The notes under the pieces are model-generated. The model searched no databases. It saw nothing but the letters and a program-made list of their open reading frames with translations, and was not told the DNA's origin. A stretch of 38,726 nucleotides of DNA from a virus (lineage: Duplodnaviria > Caudoviricetes): positions 1 to 38,726 of IMG/VR virus record IMGVR_UViG_3300032111_000006; one strand, written 5' to 3'. Positions 35,887-38,726 of the stretch are shown here, in pieces; the first letter of the stretch is position 1; every line of letters starts with the position of its first letter. Position numbers and translations under genes: made by a program.

Positions 35887-36966
35887 TTGAAGCGGCATAA
35901 GGGCTTATATCCAAAGATCTACGACTTCGAGAACCTATTCCTGGCCTATCTTGAGGCCAGGAAGTGCAAGCGTTACCGTTCTGAGGTTTTGAGCTTTACT
36001 GCTAATCTAGAAGAGAACCTGATCAACCTGCAAAATGAGCTGATTTGGCGCACATACCGGGTTGGGCGGTACCGGGAGTTTTTCGTGTACGAACCCAAAA
36101 AGCGGCTTATTATGGCCCTGCCGTTTCGGGACCGGGTGGTCCAGTGGGCCATTTATCGAGCGCTTAACCCGCTCCTTGACAGGCGCTATATCCAGGACTC
36201 CTACGCTTGCCGGGTAGGATACGGCACTCACCGGGCCGTGGACCGGCTGCAATATTGGCTCCGGGGTCTGGAGCGGAAGCATGCCAGGGTATACGTGCTG
36301 AAGCTCGACATATCCAAGTACTTCTACCGGGTGGATCATGATGTTCTGATGGCTATTCTGCGCCGGCTAATTGATGACCAGGATCTGCTGTGGCTCTTGG
36401 AGACTATTATCCGGTGCGAACATACCAAGTTCGGCTTGGCCCTGGGAGACCAGGGCTTCACCGGCGAGCGGGTGGACGGCGTGGGAATGCCCATCGGAAA
36501 CCTGACAAGCCAGATGTTTGCAAATTTGTACCTCAATGAACTGGACCAATTCGTAAAACACGAGCTGCGGGTCAGGCACTATATGCGGTATATGGATGAC
36601 GCCCTGGTGCTTCACTGGGAAAAACCCTACCTATGGTGGGTAAAGCAGGAAATCCAGCGGTTCCTCGACGAGCACCTGCGCTTAGTCCTGAATAGCAAAA
36701 CCACTATCAGGACCGTAGACCAGGGCATTGAGTGGGTTGGTTACTGGGTCTGGAGCACCCACAGGAAGTTACGAAAGTCCACGGTCAAGAAAATGAAGCG
36801 GCGCCTGAAATACCTCCAGAGGGCCTATGCCCGAGGCGAGGTTGATTGGGAGGAGGTAAACGCCAGCGTACAGAGTTACCTTGGCCTGTTGAAGCACTGC
36901 AACAGCTTTTGTTTGAGGGAAAAGTTCTTCGGTGATCTGGTGTTTTGCCGAAGGGTTACACAGTAG
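35887..36966 (+). CDS. DGR reverse transcriptase
   Basis: FRDRVVQ, LKLDISKYF, GMPIGNLTSQMFAN (DGR-type SQ), YMRYMDD; GGAGG SD with TTG start. Confidence 0.96.
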   Translation: MKRHKGLYPKIYDFENLFLAYLEARKCKRYRSEVLSFTANLEENLINLQNELIWRTYRVGRYREFFVYEPKKRLIMALPFRDRVVQWAIYRALNPLLDRRYIQDSYACRVGYGTHRAVDRLQYWLRGLERKHARVYVLKLDISKYFYRVDHDVLMAILRRLIDDQDLLWLLETIIRCEHTKFGLALGDQGFTGERVDGVGMPIGNLTSQMFANLYLNELDQFVKHELRVRHYMRYMDDALVLHWEKPYLWWVKQEIQRFLDEHLRLVLNSKTTIRTVDQGIEWVGYWVWSTHRKLRKSTVKKMKRRLKYLQRAYARGEVDWEEVNASVQSYLGLLKHCNSFCLREKFFGDLVFCRRVTQ

Positions 36967-37048
36967 GACGGTAGTGCGCAAGCTTTAGGGTGGGCCAGGA
37001 CGGCGACCGGCAGGAAATAGAAGCATCAATAACGGTAAGTTATGGAAT

Positions 37049-37111
37049 TCTCGCGTAAAATTACGCTGGCGCGGCCATTTTGCGTGAGACTTCCGGCCAT
37101 TTTGCGTGAGA
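37049..37111. repeat. Right-end transposase-binding sites R1-R3
   Basis: CGGCCATTTTGCGTGAGA at 37072-37089 and 37094-37111 (22-bp period) plus an inverted degenerate copy TCTCGCGTAAAATTACGC at 37049-37066, the same layout as Mu attR. Confidence 0.8.
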
Positions 37112-37118
37112 AGCTATA

Positions 37119-37123
37119 CCTAT
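37119..37123 (+). repeat. Right copy of target-site duplication CCTAT
   Basis: Matches 397-401. Confidence 0.85.
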
Positions 37124-38634
37124 CTAACAGACGAAATGAGGATGTGTGTTTTCAGCCTACCTACGAGGAATTGAAACACCGTTTTTGGCAGTGCATTCTA
37201 AAATGGAGGTGAAGGTTTTCAGCCTACCTACGAGGAATTGAAACTCTGCAACGGGATGCCAACCCTCATGATTGAGCTTCAACGTTTTCAGCCTACCTAC
37301 GAGGAATTGAAACGCGGGCAGCTGGCTGGCGTAGAACCGATGGTTCTTGGTTTTCAGCCTACCTACGAGGAATTGAAACCCGTCTGACCGTAGGGGTTGT
37401 CGCCGCTGTCGAGTTTTCAGCCTACGAGCCGTCGGGGTTTTTCTTCATCGGGCGGTCCACGTTGTCGCCGCTGTCGAGTTTTCAGCCTACCTACGAGGAA
37501 TTGAAACTTTTCTCAATGTCTTCTTTGGTTAGGCGGCCTTTTTGTTTTCAGCCTACCTACGAGGAATTGAAACCGCGGAAGCGGTAAAAATGTAATAAGT
37601 GGGGGGAAGTTTTCAGCCTACCTACGAGGAATTGAAACCCTTTGACGCCGACGCCTGCACGAACCCCAATGTCGGTTTTCAGCCTACCTACGAGGAATTG
37701 AAACGCTTCTTCCTCGACGACCTCGAAGGCCGGGTTCCTGTTTTCAGCCTACCTACGAGGAATTGAAACGCGGGCAGCTGGCTGGCGTAGAACCGATGGT
37801 TCTTGGTTTTCAGCCTACCTACGAGGAATTGAAACTGGGCTTGCGGAGTCGACCACATCCGCAAGACCCGGGTTTTCAGCCTACCTACGAGGAATTGAAA
37901 CGCAAACGCGAATTTTACAAGCTTGCCGATTTCATCAGGTTTTCAGCCTACCTACGAGGAATTGAAACAAATGTTGAAAGCCTGCAACATTAAAACCAGA
38001 ACCGGGTTTTCAGCCTACCTACGAGGAATTGAAACACCAAAGAAGAGATCGAACAAGTTCTGACCAACTTGTGTTTTCAGCCTACCTACGAGGAATTGAA
38101 ACGGGTCTGGCGGTATCCAACCCCAACCGTTCCACGCAAGTTTTCAGCCTACCTACGAGGAATTGAAACCCTTTCTGCCTGGCCTGCGGCACAACCCGAA
38201 CCTGGTTTTCAGCCTACCTACGAGGAATTGAAACTGCAGCCAACGATAAGGCCAAGCAGGAATACCACCATGTTTTCAGCCTACCTACGAGGAATTGAAA
38301 CCGGTGCAGGTTCGGGTTGTGCCGCAGGCCCGGAAGAAGTTTTCAGCCTACCTACGAGGAATTGAAACAAGGTTAGCATTGTTACCCTCTCCTTTGTATT
38401 CGGGTTTTCAGCCTACCTACGAGGAATTGAAACGTGATCGGATTGATAACGTGCGTCATACCTCGTCACAGTTTTCAGCCTACCTACGAGGAATTGAAAC
38501 AACCGAGGCATCCAGGCTACCCGAATGCCGTTCACCGGTTTTCAGCCTACCTACGAGGAATTGAAACCAGCCAAGCGTTCGCCAGCTAGCCAATATGCCG
38601 TCGGGTTTTCAGCCTACCTACGAGGAATTGAAAC
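37119..38634 (+). CRISPR. CRISPR array, right part (22 full repeats plus one irregular unit)
   Basis: Same 30-bp repeat from 37148 to 38634, spacers 33-39 nt, irregular unit at 37396-37490. Confidence 0.98.
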
Positions 38635-38649
38635 AGTAAGTCTACTTCT

Positions 38650-38679
38650 TTGACGGTAATGGCCTCGACGGGTTATAAT
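38650..38679 (+). promoter_or_regulatory. Possible sigma-A promoter after the last repeat
   Basis: TTGACG-N18-TATAAT pointing out of the array. Confidence 0.45.
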
Positions 38680-38726
38680 GGACCCAAGAATTTAGACACG
38701 AAAAAGACAACGTTTAAGGTGTATCA

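Larger units (their letters stand above)
402..37118 (+). mobile_element. Mu-like transposable prophage (contractile tail) carrying a DGR
   Basis: MuA/MuB/gam/gemA/mor/gp27/gp29/gp30/I/T/gp36 synteny, 5-bp TSD, and symmetric transposase-binding-type repeats 7 bp inside each end. Confidence 0.95.

Noticed and set aside
35887-36966. Group II intron, retron or CRISPR-associated RT-Cas1
   Set aside because: SQ motif, avd, TR/VR pair and lack of maturase/Cas1 domains identify a DGR RT; proximity to the array results from the prophage insertion.
387-37129. Alternative canonical TGT...ACA prophage ends (387 and 37129)
   Set aside because: No flanking duplication (GAAAC vs GACGA), leaves only an 18-nt spacer, and breaks the symmetric placement of the end repeats.
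1-38634. Self-targeting spacers against the resident prophage
   Set aside because: No convincing match found by eye (best noticed was 11 nt, TTCCTCGACGA, in the RT gene). A proper alignment is needed, so absence is not proven.
38635-38700. Extra spacer plus degenerate terminal repeat (GTTATAATGGACCCAAGAATTTAGACAC)
   Set aside because: Spacing fits but similarity to the repeat is too low to call; equally explained as a promoter region.

Overview
The window is a CRISPR array (30-bp repeat GTTTTCAGCCTACCTACGAGGAATTGAAAC, no cas genes in view) split by an apparently complete 36.7-kb Mu-like transposable prophage (402-37118). The prophage is inserted inside one spacer with a 5-bp target-site duplication (CCTAT). 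It has the Mu gene order: repressor/cro, DDE transposase A, ATPase B, gam, gemA, mor, lysis, head, contractile tail and baseplate. It ends in a full diversity-generating retroelement (CLec target with VR, avd, TR, RT). The host is probably an S-layered Firmicute, inferred from the SLH endolysin, the SD sites and the repeat family. The most unusual signals are: an adenine-eroded DGR template with reverse-direction mismatches; a type II hammerhead ribozyme with two GNRA hairpins inserted in its core; a tRNA-shaped ncRNA in front of the transposase; an off-register 30-bp-duplication/35-nt-insert event in the array that looks like ectopic Cas1-Cas2 integration; TA..TA instead of TG..CA termini; and a helically phased GTAAC array at the exact genome midpoint. 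All product calls come from motif recognition and synteny by eye; no searches or folding programs were run.
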